Notes: a model not told the origin generated them from the letters alone. 33,874 nucleotides of DNA from Elsinoe ampelina (GCA_010093995.1 ML992505.1:1780670-1814543), one strand, 5' to 3'. Shown: positions 1-12,662, counted from the stretch's first letter. Numbers and translations: made by a program.

Positions 1-1340
1 ACCTAACCATCACAACCCCTTACCTCGCACTGGACACCAAACTCGGCGAAGGACCCTACTGGCACGCCCCCACCAACACCCTCCGCATGGTGGATATCGT
101 CCGCAAACACCTCTACCAAATCCCGCTCTCGACCCCGCCTTCCTCCCCCACCGACCTGTCCTCCGTCCGCAAGTTCGAGCTCACTCACAGCGTTGGGACG
201 ACGGCTGAACTCGCTGGGGAAGGGGAGGATGGTGGAGGGAGGTTTGTCTTTGGTGGCAAGGCGGGGGTGGGGGTCATGGATAAGGGGACGGGGGAGTGGC
301 GGTATGTGGCGAGGTGGTGGGGTGAGGGGGAGGGGGAGGGGAGGGAGGAGAAGGAGAGGTTGTTTAGGGGGAATGATGGGGCGGTGGATAGGAGGGGGAG
401 GTATTTCTTGGGGGTCATGAATGATCCTATGGAAGGGGAGATTAAGAATGAAGGTGAGTAGGTCATGTGCTGGGGTGGGAAGTGCTGGGGAACCTGAAGT
501 CATTGCTGGTAAAGGCGACAAGCGTATTGTTGGTAAGCGGAGGGTCGCCGGCAAGACGGACGGAAACCATTTGTGCATACAGTATATTGCTTGCTACTCT
601 CGGGTTCGAGACACGCAGGGCGGTAATACGCGGTCGGTGTGTCCGATCTGGACACTTGAGCATTTCAGAAAAGTGCAAGGATCTGTTTCAGCTGAAAGTC
701 GCCAACAGGGCACCTTTGAGCGCTTCAGATGTGACGCGCAAGCTGTACTAAGCATCACATTCGGAATCCGGATGCGATCTGACTACAAATGTTACAATAT
801 AGGGCTTCAGGCTGACTATCGTCTACAGGTGTCGTCTTCAGATTAGATCCCAATCTATCACTGCACAAAATCTTGGAACCCGTTGCCATTCCCAATGGTA
901 TTTCTTGGTCCTTGGACGACAAGCACATCTACTTCACGAGCAGTACCGATAATGCCATCACCAAGTATCCCTATGACGTGGAGAGTGGCGACGTCGACTT
1001 CAAATCTGGCGAGGTCTTCTTCAAGTGCCCATACGAGGGCGGAGTGCCTGATGGTCATGCACGGGACGCAGAGGGCTGTTTCTGGATCGCTCTCTACGGT
1101 GTTGGCAAAGTGGTGAGAGTCAATGAACAAGGCAGGATCTTGGTCGAGATCAGTCTTCCGACTCGTTGCATCACTTGCCCTGCAATTGCCGGCGAGGACC
1201 TCTACATTACCTGTGCTGAAGAGTCAGACCCAGACAAGCACCCGGAAAGTGCAAAGTATCAAGGCGGTCTCTTCAAGATTAACATTGGTGTCAAGGGGGC
1301 GCCTCTGAACGAGTTCAAGCCAGCCAAGAAGTTGGCTTGA
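1..1340 (+). CDS. SMP-30/gluconolactonase/LRE (regucalcin-like) beta-propeller protein, 5'-partial; exons <1..453 and 829..1340
   Basis: The frame from nt 3 reads LTITTPYLALDTKLGEGPYW, followed by family motifs NDGAVD-x-x-GR, IPNGISWS and PDGHARDAEGCFWIA. Donor GTGAGT at 454, branch GCTGAC at 811 and acceptor CAG at 826-828 give an in-frame join (NEG|VVFRLD). Confidence 0.9.
454..828 (+). other. Spliceosomal intron, 375 nt
   Basis: GTGAGT...GCTGAC...TACAG; its removal joins the two SMP-30 ORFs in frame. Confidence 0.85.
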
Positions 1341-4300
1341 TGACCTTCGCGGCAGTCATCCTGCTGTGCCGCTCTAATAGCCAAGAAGGCTAGACGGCTT
1401 CAAGTGGTATTTTTGCGATTGGATGACATTGGGGGATTACCATCTCACGTGGCAGTGTCATGCGTGGTTGTTGAGTCGGTGGAAAGGTGGCTGCATGAAG
1501 GATGAGATCTTAGCGACAGTCGGGTCAGGCCACTCAGATGGTTGGTTCGTGACTTTGCTGAGAGGATCCTGAATGGCTGCAAACTAATCAATAAGAGACA
1601 AGTCAAGAAAAGCCTCATGTCATATTTACACCTCGGCTATTCGTATTATTCCTCATCATGAGGATTCTTGAAGCTCGCGAAAACGACATGAAGATCTTCA
1701 CGGCTGCATCCAGGCGGCTGAGGTGGTTTCGCGTGCTGCACCACGTGCTCCTTCACCTTCCTTCTGCTACAACAGGCACATATTTGCAGATCTACAACGT
1801 GTTGACGAAGATCAGTCCGGACTCCCCCACGGGAGAGGCCTTTGAGACGCGTTTCGGGATCCTCAAATTCAAGCGAGGCTTTGAAGTGGCTGGCTGGCGA
1901 TGGATTGAGGCGGCAAGCAGCTTATCTTGTTGTACATAACTCGATGAGTAAACGTGGGAGAGCATGAAAGGTGAGGCTGTACGGGAATCCAACAAAACGA
2001 CCAAGGGACCTTCCCAGAAGGGACGTTCGCTTCTCGTGGGTGGATGGCGACAGAAACACAGCAGGCAACAAAGCGTCTTTTCTCTTGACTCGAACTCAAA
2101 TGTCTCGCAGCACGAACGCGACCTCGTGTGGGTTTGTGGAGTGGGTCTTGCCTCACATGGCAGCCACGAGCGTCCAAACCGTTTCTGGAAAGAATAATTA
2201 CGAACAGATTTTTGACCATGACTCTCCGCCGGAGGACGCGGCAGGTACTGTACTGTCCTTCCGAGCCAAATATCTACAGAGTTATGTACCAAGCCACAAT
2301 CTTGGTTGGAGTCATGAACCGAAAACCTCGTAAAGAAACATACAACGGTCTCACTTCGGTAATGAATGTACTCCATGTATTTCACTTCTGCCTAGGGCTG
2401 GAAGAGCATGTATTCTCGGATTTGTGTCCGAACGCAAACTGTCATAGGCCTTTACCGATTAACCATGGCTCTGCTTCGAGGGAGGCAGTACGATCCACTC
2501 GACTCAGGAACGAGCCTCTTCTGGACTTAGTGCCATGCTATACCAACGGGACGCAACGGACGGGATCTGAAGCCGCGAGCAAAGGCCACGGCAAGGTTAT
2601 GTTGCTCCAGGGCTTAGTGTGCAGTAAAACCATGGAACAAGCAATCTCATCGCAAAGACGCAATAAAGTCTCGTGAGTCGAGCCAGATTTCCCCAGGGCC
2701 TTCGATACGGAGTATGATAACGTCCATCACAAACGAGTTACGATAAAGTCCACACTTTTGAACTTCAATCTTGTGAAACAAGCGAAAACTTGCAACATGG
2801 CAGTTGCCGAACTTGAGACAAACCTTTTTGGCAACCCGGGCTGCAAGCATTCATTCTTGCATCCCCTTAGTCTTGGTGTCGTGGACCCCTGTCCGGGTCA
2901 AAGAGCCACCGAGCGAGATCTCATTCGACCTGCCTCTTCTATGGAAAATCCTCGACAGATGTCCGGCACGCTGATCATTCATGTCCCGATCATTTCTTCC
3001 CAAAATCCTTCTCGGTCCAGGTGAACAGATTGGGCAGCAATCATGGGAGCATTTTCGGAACGTTCCGTGAACGTCACGCACCGATCACACCCACCACCGG
3101 CATGGGTCCTGCAAGGCATAAGTTAATGCAAGCAAAACATCCTCATTGAACCTTGAGGCACGGGATCGGTTCTCTTTTGCTAATACCACCGAGAGAATGC
3201 CCGAGGCACGACTAGTCGATAAGTCTTGAGCGAACTGTACGTCGCTTCTCTCTGCCTATCATGGATGATGTAGCCTAATTCAAAACTCTCTGGGCGTGTT
3301 TCGAATTTCTCGAAGCACGCATGACGTGCGGGTATATCACTGGGACAGCTGCAAGGCTTCCGAGCCTGCATCCTGTATAGTTGTCATGCCCCGCATCTTC
3401 AGGGGCCCCATGTTCCTCGCAGCCGGCGCTACGCAAGTTGGTACAGTATGCGAACCAGAGCTTGCAAAAGTCATTGCTGCAGAACGATCACACTGGTAGC
3501 TGCATTCACCGCTCCCTTGGCGTGCTGACTGTGGAGGTGGCTTCACGTGTGGCATTGGCTCAAGCTACGATCAGATTGGTTCATCTCACTGCCGCGACTG
3601 CGTCATATATCAGCCGCGTCCTGAGGGGTCGGCAGAACATATTGCACAATAGATGTACGAAGCACACTGGGATCTGCATTGCACCTGTTCAATTGTTAAT
3701 TGTTCTCACTCAGGTCAGGAGGGGCACGAATTTTCAGTCAGGGCAACCACTATTGGAGACACCATTCACGATCGTGGGACGGATGATCAGAGGCCCGATA
3801 CACCCAGTAGTGCCGCTGACAAAGGTTAACAGGATGAGGGACCTCTAAGCTCTGAGCACGAATCTGAACCGTGTAGGGCTTGTCGTATTCGCTGTGCTCG
3901 TGGTACAACCCCAGCTTTTCGCTCCACATTGTGGACATGGGGCTAAGCTATCGCTGGTCTATTCTTGGTTGCTTCCGTGATCAAAGTTGCATCACGCATA
4001 ACTTAACCCATGCATTGCACAACTACTCTCGGGATGTATCCGTGACGACAAATCGTCTTTCTTCCCACTGGCGTCGCTACATTGACATACATCTGCCAAG
4101 CACGGGAAATAAATGTCGACATCAAAGGGCTTCCCTCACATCACGATCAAGACCCGTTGACTGGAGTCCATGCCGTGCACGTTGTCGCAAGCTCGTAGGC
4201 AGATTCTACAATTCCCGACACTGATCATCCCCTTCGAAAAAGATTCTTTTACCTTTCTACAGCTTGACCTTCGGCTTTTGAGAGAGCCAAGTGCCAATCA

Positions 4301-5699
4301 TCATATCGTTGAGGACAGACAGCGTGGTACAGATTGAAGATCATCCCACTTGTTTTGGATCTGACGGGCTGTGCATTCATGCCCAAGGCTAGAATACACA
4401 ATGTCGATCCGCGCTGTAAATCTTCAACTATCACCTATGGCAGACAAGGGTGCACCACCATGACAGCTGCATATGAGACCGTTGGAAAACAAAACATGCG
4501 CTTCTGGCAGTAGCCGCAAGTACGCGAGCGAAATGTCTCATCTGAAAACATCGAAAGTAAAGGCCTTACGGCGCATATCTGCACGCCAACCAGCCGCGCC
4601 GATCTTGCCTTATGCATCAAGTTAAGCTCCTGGCACTTGCGTGGAGCAAAAGTAAACCACGTGGAACCGGGTGCTTCACGTTCGGCGATCATCAGACACT
4701 TCCGACCTTGCCGATACAGTGAACCGACTCTGCCTTTTCCCGAATTGCTTTTCTTCGCAACCTTGACAAACAAAGCTGTCAACCAACAACGAGGGCAAGA
4801 AACGCTGGAATCTCGGGCCTTAGCATCTCGGAACCGTGGCTCGGAACATGTAAGCCCTTGACAGCCACGGCTTGTGGGCATTCGCCACAGACACTATCGA
4901 AGGCATGGCGAGGAGGAAGTTAGGTCTGGAGCGTAAAATTCCAGTTTCAACGAGTGCTTGGGAGGTGGAGACTAGGTCATGCACCGCGCCCGGGCCAAAG
5001 GGCCCCAGCAAGTGGCTGCAGCATGGACTTTTTTTTTTCACACCTCGTCAAAAGCTCGCTCACGCCGCGAGAATAAACTTTGACCTTGACCAGATGACGG
5101 GCGACGTCGGATCGCGGCCCACATTAACCAAGAAAAGACTCGAGTGGCATCGAGTCAGAACGTGCGCTAGTCGACCCAATCTCACCATTTAGTGTGACAG
5201 GAAAGGAGCCGACATGTTGCTTGACTCGACAGCTACGGGACACAGGCAGTCCCTGGACGGCCTGCATCCTTGAGACCATTGAGCAAAGACCCCGTGGCAC
5301 AGACCAGCGTTCCTGGGCCTTTGATGGTGCTTCCCTCATGCTCACGCTCATGCTTTCAGACGCGTGTGGCCCTGAGCTGCCGTACACCGTCAGGATCCCA
5401 AGTTTTTACAGCTGGCCACGTTTTCTGCCAAATTGACTTTCGGTCAATGATCGACCAACCCCCCTCCCACCATTATTCGGGCCCCGATGCTCAAAGCCCA
5501 ACAAGCAATCAAAGCCCCCCCCCCCTCCAAGCTTGCAAGGACGATACGGCAAGGCCTGATTGATCGTCTTTTAAACACCACTCTTTGAGGTGCGGCAGTT
5601 CCCGTCTTTCACCAGAAGTGACCTTGCGTCAGTCTGTGAAGAAGTGGTCCGGCATTTTTATTTGGCCGCACCTGGTCCTTTCACTAGGCAAATGCAGCC

Positions 5700-5830
5700 C
5701 TCAATCTTGTATTTCCTTTACTTCTCTGCCCACCGCACGACTGCCGTCAGTCCCTCGTTTCTTCCTACATTCCGTCCTGTACTCCTGCAGATCTTATAAT
5801 ACCCTTACCCGCCCGTTTTAGCCAGCGTGC
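5700..5830 (+). promoter_or_regulatory. Pyrimidine (CT)-rich tract, candidate core promoter/TSS region of the bZIP gene
   Basis: CT-rich stretch (tttcctttacttctctgccc...tccctcgtttcttcctacattcc) about 600 nt upstream of the first in-frame AUG. Such tracts commonly mark TSSs in filamentous fungi; the position is an inference. Confidence 0.35.
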
Positions 5831-6401
5831 CACAAAGGTCCCCTTTACTATCATCCAACTTCAAGCCACCCCACTGGCCGGGCTTGCTGGGGTAATACAT
5901 ACTGTACCTTCTGCCGTCTCGAGCGTCATACTTGGAGGAATCACAAATCTGGACTCTGCCTGGGTACTTAGGCCATTGATCGACCCGGTTTAAGCCGTCT
6001 TATTTGTTTAGCAAAAGCACCCGCATTTCAAACTTGCGGATGGTCTACTTCCATGCAGGCGACTGAGTCGTCGGACTTCTCGAGTCTCGACCTGAAGGAT
6101 TGAAATACCCGTCCCTCTACTTCCGGGATATAGGTTGGACACTCGCCCTACCCTGGGTCGAGCATAAATCCAACCTCTACACGTCGGCATTGTGGCTACT
6201 CCCGATTGTGCAGTCGCTTACCGTCATCCTTTCCCAAAAAATCCGGACCATCAGGTATTGGTCGATTTCCGGCCTCCCTTGTATGACTCTCCAATTCTCG
6301 AGGCTCTCAAGCTTGGGGACCAAAACAGACTTCAACGAGAACTGGAACGCCGATGGTCCGGAGCTGGGAAAGGAGATGACAGACTCACAGGGACCTATTT
6401 C

Positions 6402-8042
6402 ATGTCAGGGAACTCAGGTGATCCTCGAGACTCGGCTTTTCGACAGTCACGAGACTCAGTCGTTTCGACTAAAAGTGGTCAAACACCTTCTCAGCAGTAC
6501 AGAGCATATCCAATGTCGATTATAGCACCTCCTCCACCTCCTGGACCAGCATTCGAAAGGTCCTCGTTTAGCTTGCCGTCCTTGCAGCATTCTTTCAGTG
6601 CCAGTAGCATACCTGGACCCAGGAGATCACCACCTTCTTTACCAGGTCACAATAGCTTTCCTGAGGCGTCACGAACTGATGGCCAAAGGAAACGCGCATT
6701 TGCTGCCTTGGAAGATCGACCTGAACCGATTACTGGGAGGCCGATGGAAGGCTATGGCAAGGGGAATCTCAGCGGACCAGTCCCTACCCCATCGCCACAC
6801 CCGCCTACTCCTGCTGACAGGTTCTCGAAACCGCTACACGCACCTCAATCTCCCTTGTCTCGAACCGGGAGCAGACCCTTTCTACATCCTCACCAATCGC
6901 CTTACTTGAACACTCAAAGACAGGTACCACCTTCACCACGATCGCAATTGGCTGCTCCCGATCCAAGATACCCCAGTCCGACTGGCTACTTCCCACCTAT
7001 TAACAAACCTTCAGCACCGAGTTCACAGAGTCGCCAAGATCAGGGCAGTCCAGGCACCGAACCCACCGGAAGATATGCTTCGGGCAGTGTCAGCCCCATT
7101 GGTTCATATTCTCCATACAGTCAGAATGACCGAACGTCGCCAAACACACAAGGACCTCCCCCGGCCTATCAAATGGAGCACATGTCGCTGAGCAAGAGTC
7201 CCCATCAACGGGGCCGATCGCCTTCCTCTCACTACGATGGCCCTTACTCGGGCGGTATACCGATCACCACCCCAGGGGGATCAGCTGCATATTCGATGAT
7301 GACGGTACAAACAGCAAGCGGAGCGGTGCAGGTGCCAGTCGACATGCAAGCTGCGTCCCGCCTTGCCGATGAGAAACGACGGCGGAATGCTGGTGCAAGT
7401 GCTCGTTTCCGGGAACGGAGAAAGAAAAAGGAAATGGAGTCATCTGCAACGATACGGAAGCTTGAGAACCAGGTGAAAGAGCTCAGTGAGGATTTGGAAT
7501 ACTACCGCAGGGAACGGGATTACATGGCCAATGCTATCATGCAAGCACCTGGAGCAGAACGACATTTCCCACGGCCCTCATCTCCTCGATCGCGGAGAGG
7601 TCCACCGAGTACTCCTGGCGACATGAGTGACAGGGGATTCGATTTTGTTCAGGAGAAGCCAGACAGCCGTGATGACAATCGTAACGTCCGGAGGCGGACA
7701 TCGAGTTTTCATGGTCAGTCCGAGCCGTCTTCTGCAGGTGGAATTAGAACACCTGTCGTGCCTCATTCTGGACCATCACAATATGCATATCCAGCACAGC
7801 AAGGTCCCGCACCGAGCCCCTGGTCCAGGATTGAGTATCCACTAAACTCGATCGTCCGTCCTGAACAGGGTCGCGACTCCTACCCTCCTCCACCGGTCAG
7901 AACCCAGCTCCCACCTCTGAACTTACCGCCCATCATGCAAGCTACACCGCCTACCGGGCCACACAATCCATATGCTGGTCATCGTCTGGATAAGCCATGG
8001 CCTCATGGTCCTCCTCCACATTATCCTCGAGACCCGCGATGA
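6402..8042 (+). CDS. bZIP transcription factor with Pro/Ser-rich disordered flanks
   Basis: Basic region ADEKRRRNAGASARFRERRKKKE followed by a heptad zipper IRKLENQVKELSEDLEYYRRERDYM. The first in-frame ATG is at 6402, but the frame is open from 6168, so the start is uncertain. Confidence 0.88.
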   Translation: MSGNSGDPRDSAFRQSRDSVVSTKSGQTPSQQYRAYPMSIIAPPPPPGPAFERSSFSLPSLQHSFSASSIPGPRRSPPSLPGHNSFPEASRTDGQRKRAFAALEDRPEPITGRPMEGYGKGNLSGPVPTPSPHPPTPADRFSKPLHAPQSPLSRTGSRPFLHPHQSPYLNTQRQVPPSPRSQLAAPDPRYPSPTGYFPPINKPSAPSSQSRQDQGSPGTEPTGRYASGSVSPIGSYSPYSQNDRTSPNTQGPPPAYQMEHMSLSKSPHQRGRSPSSHYDGPYSGGIPITTPGGSAAYSMMTVQTASGAVQVPVDMQAASRLADEKRRRNAGASARFRERRKKKEMESSATIRKLENQVKELSEDLEYYRRERDYMANAIMQAPGAERHFPRPSSPRSRRGPPSTPGDMSDRGFDFVQEKPDSRDDNRNVRRRTSSFHGQSEPSSAGGIRTPVVPHSGPSQYAYPAQQGPAPSPWSRIEYPLNSIVRPEQGRDSYPPPPVRTQLPPLNLPPIMQATPPTGPHNPYAGHRLDKPWPHGPPPHYPRDPR

Positions 8043-11000
8043 CAATACATTCCATCATGGACTCCAAGCTACACAGCATTGTAAATACAGACTTTGATTC
8101 TCCGAGTACCGCAGGACGGACCGAGAAGATGCACAAACAGGCCGGGGTCTTCAGCGTCCCAACACACGTCGACACGTCCGGGGACAAAGACCGTCACATT
8201 CAACACAGCCTCTATCAATTTCTACAAATATCCATTCTTGTCATGATACCCGTTCGCACTTTCTTTGTAGAAGCGAAGCTCGATGCAGCGACGCTCATTC
8301 GACTCGCTCTCTTATTATACAAGATTACATACAAGCAGTCATTTAATTTTTTGGGGGGGGTCTCTAGCATGTCACTTAGACGGGATTGGCAGCCTCATGG
8401 CCGGAAATACCTTAGGAGGATCGATTGGGGGTCAGAACAAAGATGAAAGGCGCTGTCATTTGTTTTACTATCTTCCTGGAACTAGATTCGCCGTACACAT
8501 TGCACTGCACAATCAATGATTCAGGACAATTTGATGACAAGCTGGGCTTCACCGCCGCACACACGTTCGTCCGATTACTGAAGACATGGACTCTGAATGT
8601 TCATCGATCCAGATCTGTGCAACACACCATTTCCTCCTTCAGGTCACGATGATGAGCCGCAACATGGAACCTGCAGCCCTCTGCATGCCACTAACGCGCA
8701 CAAGAAGGCGGTGACATGGTCGTCACACCGCTCGAGTCTAACACGCCGTGGCTTACCTCGCATTGCAGCATGCAGGCCTTGGAAAACAGATCGACGGTAG
8801 AGACGGCCGGTCTGGGCAAGAAAGAATTACCCCACCGAGAGTCGGAGGAGGTCAAAGCATGCAGTGTTGATCATTTTGGAGATGGTAAGCCGATGATGTT
8901 GATCATGCTCCACGTGGCCGGCCCAAGTTCACGGCCTTGCATCGCGCTAGCAAACAACGTGCTACATCGAACAGTAACGAATTTCGCCGTGCATGTCGAT
9001 CTTTCTCCAGCGGCTGAACAGCGTGTCTTCGCTTTTCGTAAGTTATTGCCTCCAACAACGACAAAAGTGTCCTCTGTTCGGGATACCTTCGGGGCAATAT
9101 GAGATACGGGACAGCCCTATATTCTACAACCACAGTACTTGGCCAACTTCTGGTCTTTTTCCTGATTGTTAGTCACAGCCCTAGATTCTCTCAATTTAGC
9201 TCCACACCCGGGACAGCCCTTGACGCAGATGCATTGCATTTGGGGTGGCACCTCGGTCTAAAAGCATGCATGGCGCTGTCTCTACTGGATTACCGACTTT
9301 TTCCTTCTAATGCAAGCCTGGCACGCACCGGCCCTGACAATCCACATTGGCACCAACCTTTGGGTTGCCTTTTGCCCCGTAGACACGTTACCGGCGCGTG
9401 TCATCACTGTCATCCATTCACATCTGACTGCCACTGGCGATCGACTGGTACGCTACGAGCCGTTTCGTGATCCGCGGAGCCTCGCTCTCGACCAAAGACG
9501 CTGCTGGTTGTTTTTTGCTCCGCGGACCATTGGGTAAATTGCTCGCCTGCACAGCATTGGTCATCTTGTCACTTTCCCATCTTCTGTGACTGCATGGCAA
9601 TTTGGATCTGGTCGGGTATTATGCCCTCACCTACCGAACCATACCGAGGTCACTGCAGCCCCAGATCCGGGAGGATACTTCTGATCAACCAGATGATGCC
9701 ATCCCGACCATGTGCGGATCTCATCCTCGATAAACTTGCCCTGGCTTATTCCGCAGTTCAGTCGTGCCGTCCCGTCTTTGAAGTCGAGGCCTCACGCCTG
9801 CAAGTCCCTGAAGAAAACCTGCAAGTTCCTGGAGAAGCGGGACCTATGCATGATCGATACCACTACTGCAAACACCGTCGTTCCTCCTCATGCGAGGCAG
9901 CCTTGGACAAACTGCCAAGGCGCTTCGAGCGGCCGAAACAACCAAATCATCGACTGACCGGGACGGGACATGAGGCGTCTGTGCGATAACGAGACCACTT
10001 GCTTATTCGACCGATGGTTTCCCCGTGGCATGTGCCGGAGATGCCTCTACACGTCAACAACTGATTGTTTGCTCGATGCATGGTCGATCATACGCAAGCA
10101 CGACTTGCTTCTTACGGACCCACAGGGGACTACAGTATTCACGTGGTTGTCGCGTGATCTGCGACGGAACACCTCATCTCATCCCGTGTGTAGCGAGAGA
10201 CGCTTCGGATGACTGCGCTTAGTTGACCAGCCACGCAGAGATAAGCAAACTATTACAAAATCATCCCACGCTCTGTCAACACATCATCTGCTGGACGTCA
10301 AGAACTGGTCGGAAATGCAACTCATCACATCTTCATCAACGTGGCTAAATCACGCTTCTCCGGAAGGTTACAACACATCGGCGTGGGTTCAATCACGGCC
10401 CGATGACTGGCCGTAATGCATTGCATCGATCATGCCACACGGCACAGCAAATAAACGGTCTGCAAGCCACCGCATCCTTTCGCGAACACATGATCGATCT
10501 GATCTTGCGAGCTTAGATCCTTGATCAAACCTGCATCGACCTTGAGAACACTCGGATTCGGCAAGACGGCTCAAACCCTGGTTCTCACCATGCTGCAGTA
10601 TTGATGTTAACAACGTTGAGAAACGTCCAGGGCATGCGGGGACGGAAGCACGAGCGTTACCATGAGTCTGGTTCCCTTTTTCTGGTTGCTGCTGCCCAAG
10701 GTGACGGCACATGTCCTGTCGGACCGAACAGATCTGCAGCATGCAGGAGATGAGGTGTTTTCAGGTTTGTGGCGGTGATACGGCCGGAACATGCTCTCTG
10801 GACAGAGACACACCGTATGGTTTGACCTGACGACAACGCACGAGGTGAGGTCGTCCTGGCGAACACCTCATCGTGCATCCATGTCGCCTAGCGCAATCGT
10901 CATCATGCTGCCATGGCCTGCTACGATCATCAACTTGGCGAACCGTGGATCATCATTCACGCACTTACCATCCAGCACGGGGGCTCTTCCGGATACTTCT

Positions 11001-11991
11001 GGTTAGTCTGGACGGTATAGTACTTTCACTCATGCATACTACTGATCGAAGGAACAGTATCCTTCTCAACACGGCTCGCCGGTCGGTGTAAAATTTCGAC
11101 CTTGCATCCACCCCTCAACGCATTGCTGCGCATGAAGCATGCAGCCCCAACCCAATCAGCCGCACCCTTTACCCTTCTCAACCGCGAGGAACACTTCTGG
11201 CTACGTCCTATATTTATCCGGGTCCAGCCTCCGAGTAACCACCGCACGAGCAACCATCAGCGCGCCCTCGAACAACCACCTACGGCTATTTCCATGTAAC
11301 CGTTTTCCCGTACCCGCAGTACATGAGAGCAAGCTGTGCCGTCTCTGTGCTGGCACATCGCTTCCAGACTTCCAATGGGCTTGGCTGATCGACGACGCCA
11401 ACAGCGAGGTGTTCGAGGGAACGAGCCGCTTGAACTGCATTTACCAGGAGAAGTGCATGCAGGTGGCTTCAACTATGCCCTGATTCTGTGTCCCGCTTGG
11501 CATATTCCAGCACTGTTGGAGGCGACTGGATTTATATTCACTGCCCTCCACGGTGAGTTCCGTGACACCGAAGTAGCGCCGTTCATCTACACTTTACCGT
11601 AAGTCATGCTAAGAAGCGTCCGACCGATATAGTATTCATGGTCCTGCTCTCAAAGAGGTTGGATCTGCAAAACGTCAAGCATGACCTGTGACCGATGTAT
11701 GCAGGGGTCACTTTGGCATTGAATCTGGCCGTCTGAACCGCTTCACAACCCGGCGAACGAACCAATACTCGACCTTGCCCTATGGACTTGCATCCATCCG
11801 CACAACGATAAGCTCTGATGCCCCGCAATGCTACCGCGTAGCGGAACATGCCAGATCTCTGACCTACCACTGCCTGTCAAACCACAAACGCATGGTAAGC
11901 TTGTCGCCATGGATCAGATGAGCAGCTGGCCCAGCGGGGCTGCAATACCGCTTTAAGCGATAGTACCCTTCTTATGGCACTATGCCCCTCA

Positions 11992-12216
11992 TCAGAGTAT
12001 AAAGGTAAGCAGAAGCTTTTTCGGGAGGTTTGGTACAGTCATTTTCCTTGCTTGTTGCTGGGATGGTGTAGGTCTTCCAGTCTTCGACTGCAAGATGGTA
12101 TTGCTTTCCGGCCTCTTGATGAGCGTGGTATTCATGTACGGGATACTAAGCTCTGCGGTGACTTTTTCAGCAATGAGTAATGCCGCCAAGGTCACGAAGA
12201 TTGTGATGCAAGACAT
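11992..12216 (-). CDS. Possible small secreted protein (weak candidate)
   Basis: The N-terminus MSCITIFVTLAALLIAEKVTA resembles a signal peptide with a V-x-A cleavage site; no other support. Confidence 0.2.
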   Translation of the reverse strand: MSCITIFVTLAALLIAEKVTAELSIPYMNTTLIKRPESNTILQSKTGRPTPSQQQARKMTVPNLPKKLLLTFIL

Positions 12217-12662
12217 GCAGAATACCTCGTCATAATCCTCAAGTTGCTTGGGACCGGAGAACTACTTGCACGTGATCAAACAGGGGTCACATATACTGTC
12301 AATCTGACGTGCAGGTGGACGTGAGGGGCAAATTGTCAGACATTCCGAGCAGTTTGCAGAGTCAATGGCTATCTGCTTGGTATGCGTTAGCCACTAGAAG
12401 GCTTCATCCGATCTGACTAGAAGTTCAGAGAAGCTTCAACATTTTACCCAAGAGCCTGTAGTCTTCTCCAACTAGATAGAATGGTATTTCCGAACAAATT
12501 GAGTCCAAAAGCGCAGAGACAATGTCGTGCCTTTGTATATGCGTGGCGTGAAGCTGCTGAGCATGCTGACCAATGAAAAGCCAGTATTTCGGAGCTCCCA
12601 GAAAATGTTCACAACTCCCGCCGGACAACATTTGCTCGTACATCCACATTACATTCGCCAAA

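Noticed and set aside
3..578. 191-aa Pro-rich minus-strand ORF
   Set aside because: Antisense shadow of the skewed SMP-30 exon; low-complexity sequence lacks stops.
421..846. 141-aa and 94-aa ORFs over the SMP-30 intron
   Set aside because: They lie in a well-supported intron and show no recognisable motifs.
1658..5563. Many 60-200 aa ORFs on both strands
   Set aside because: No motifs, coding-like composition or consistent splice model; expected by chance at about 50% GC.
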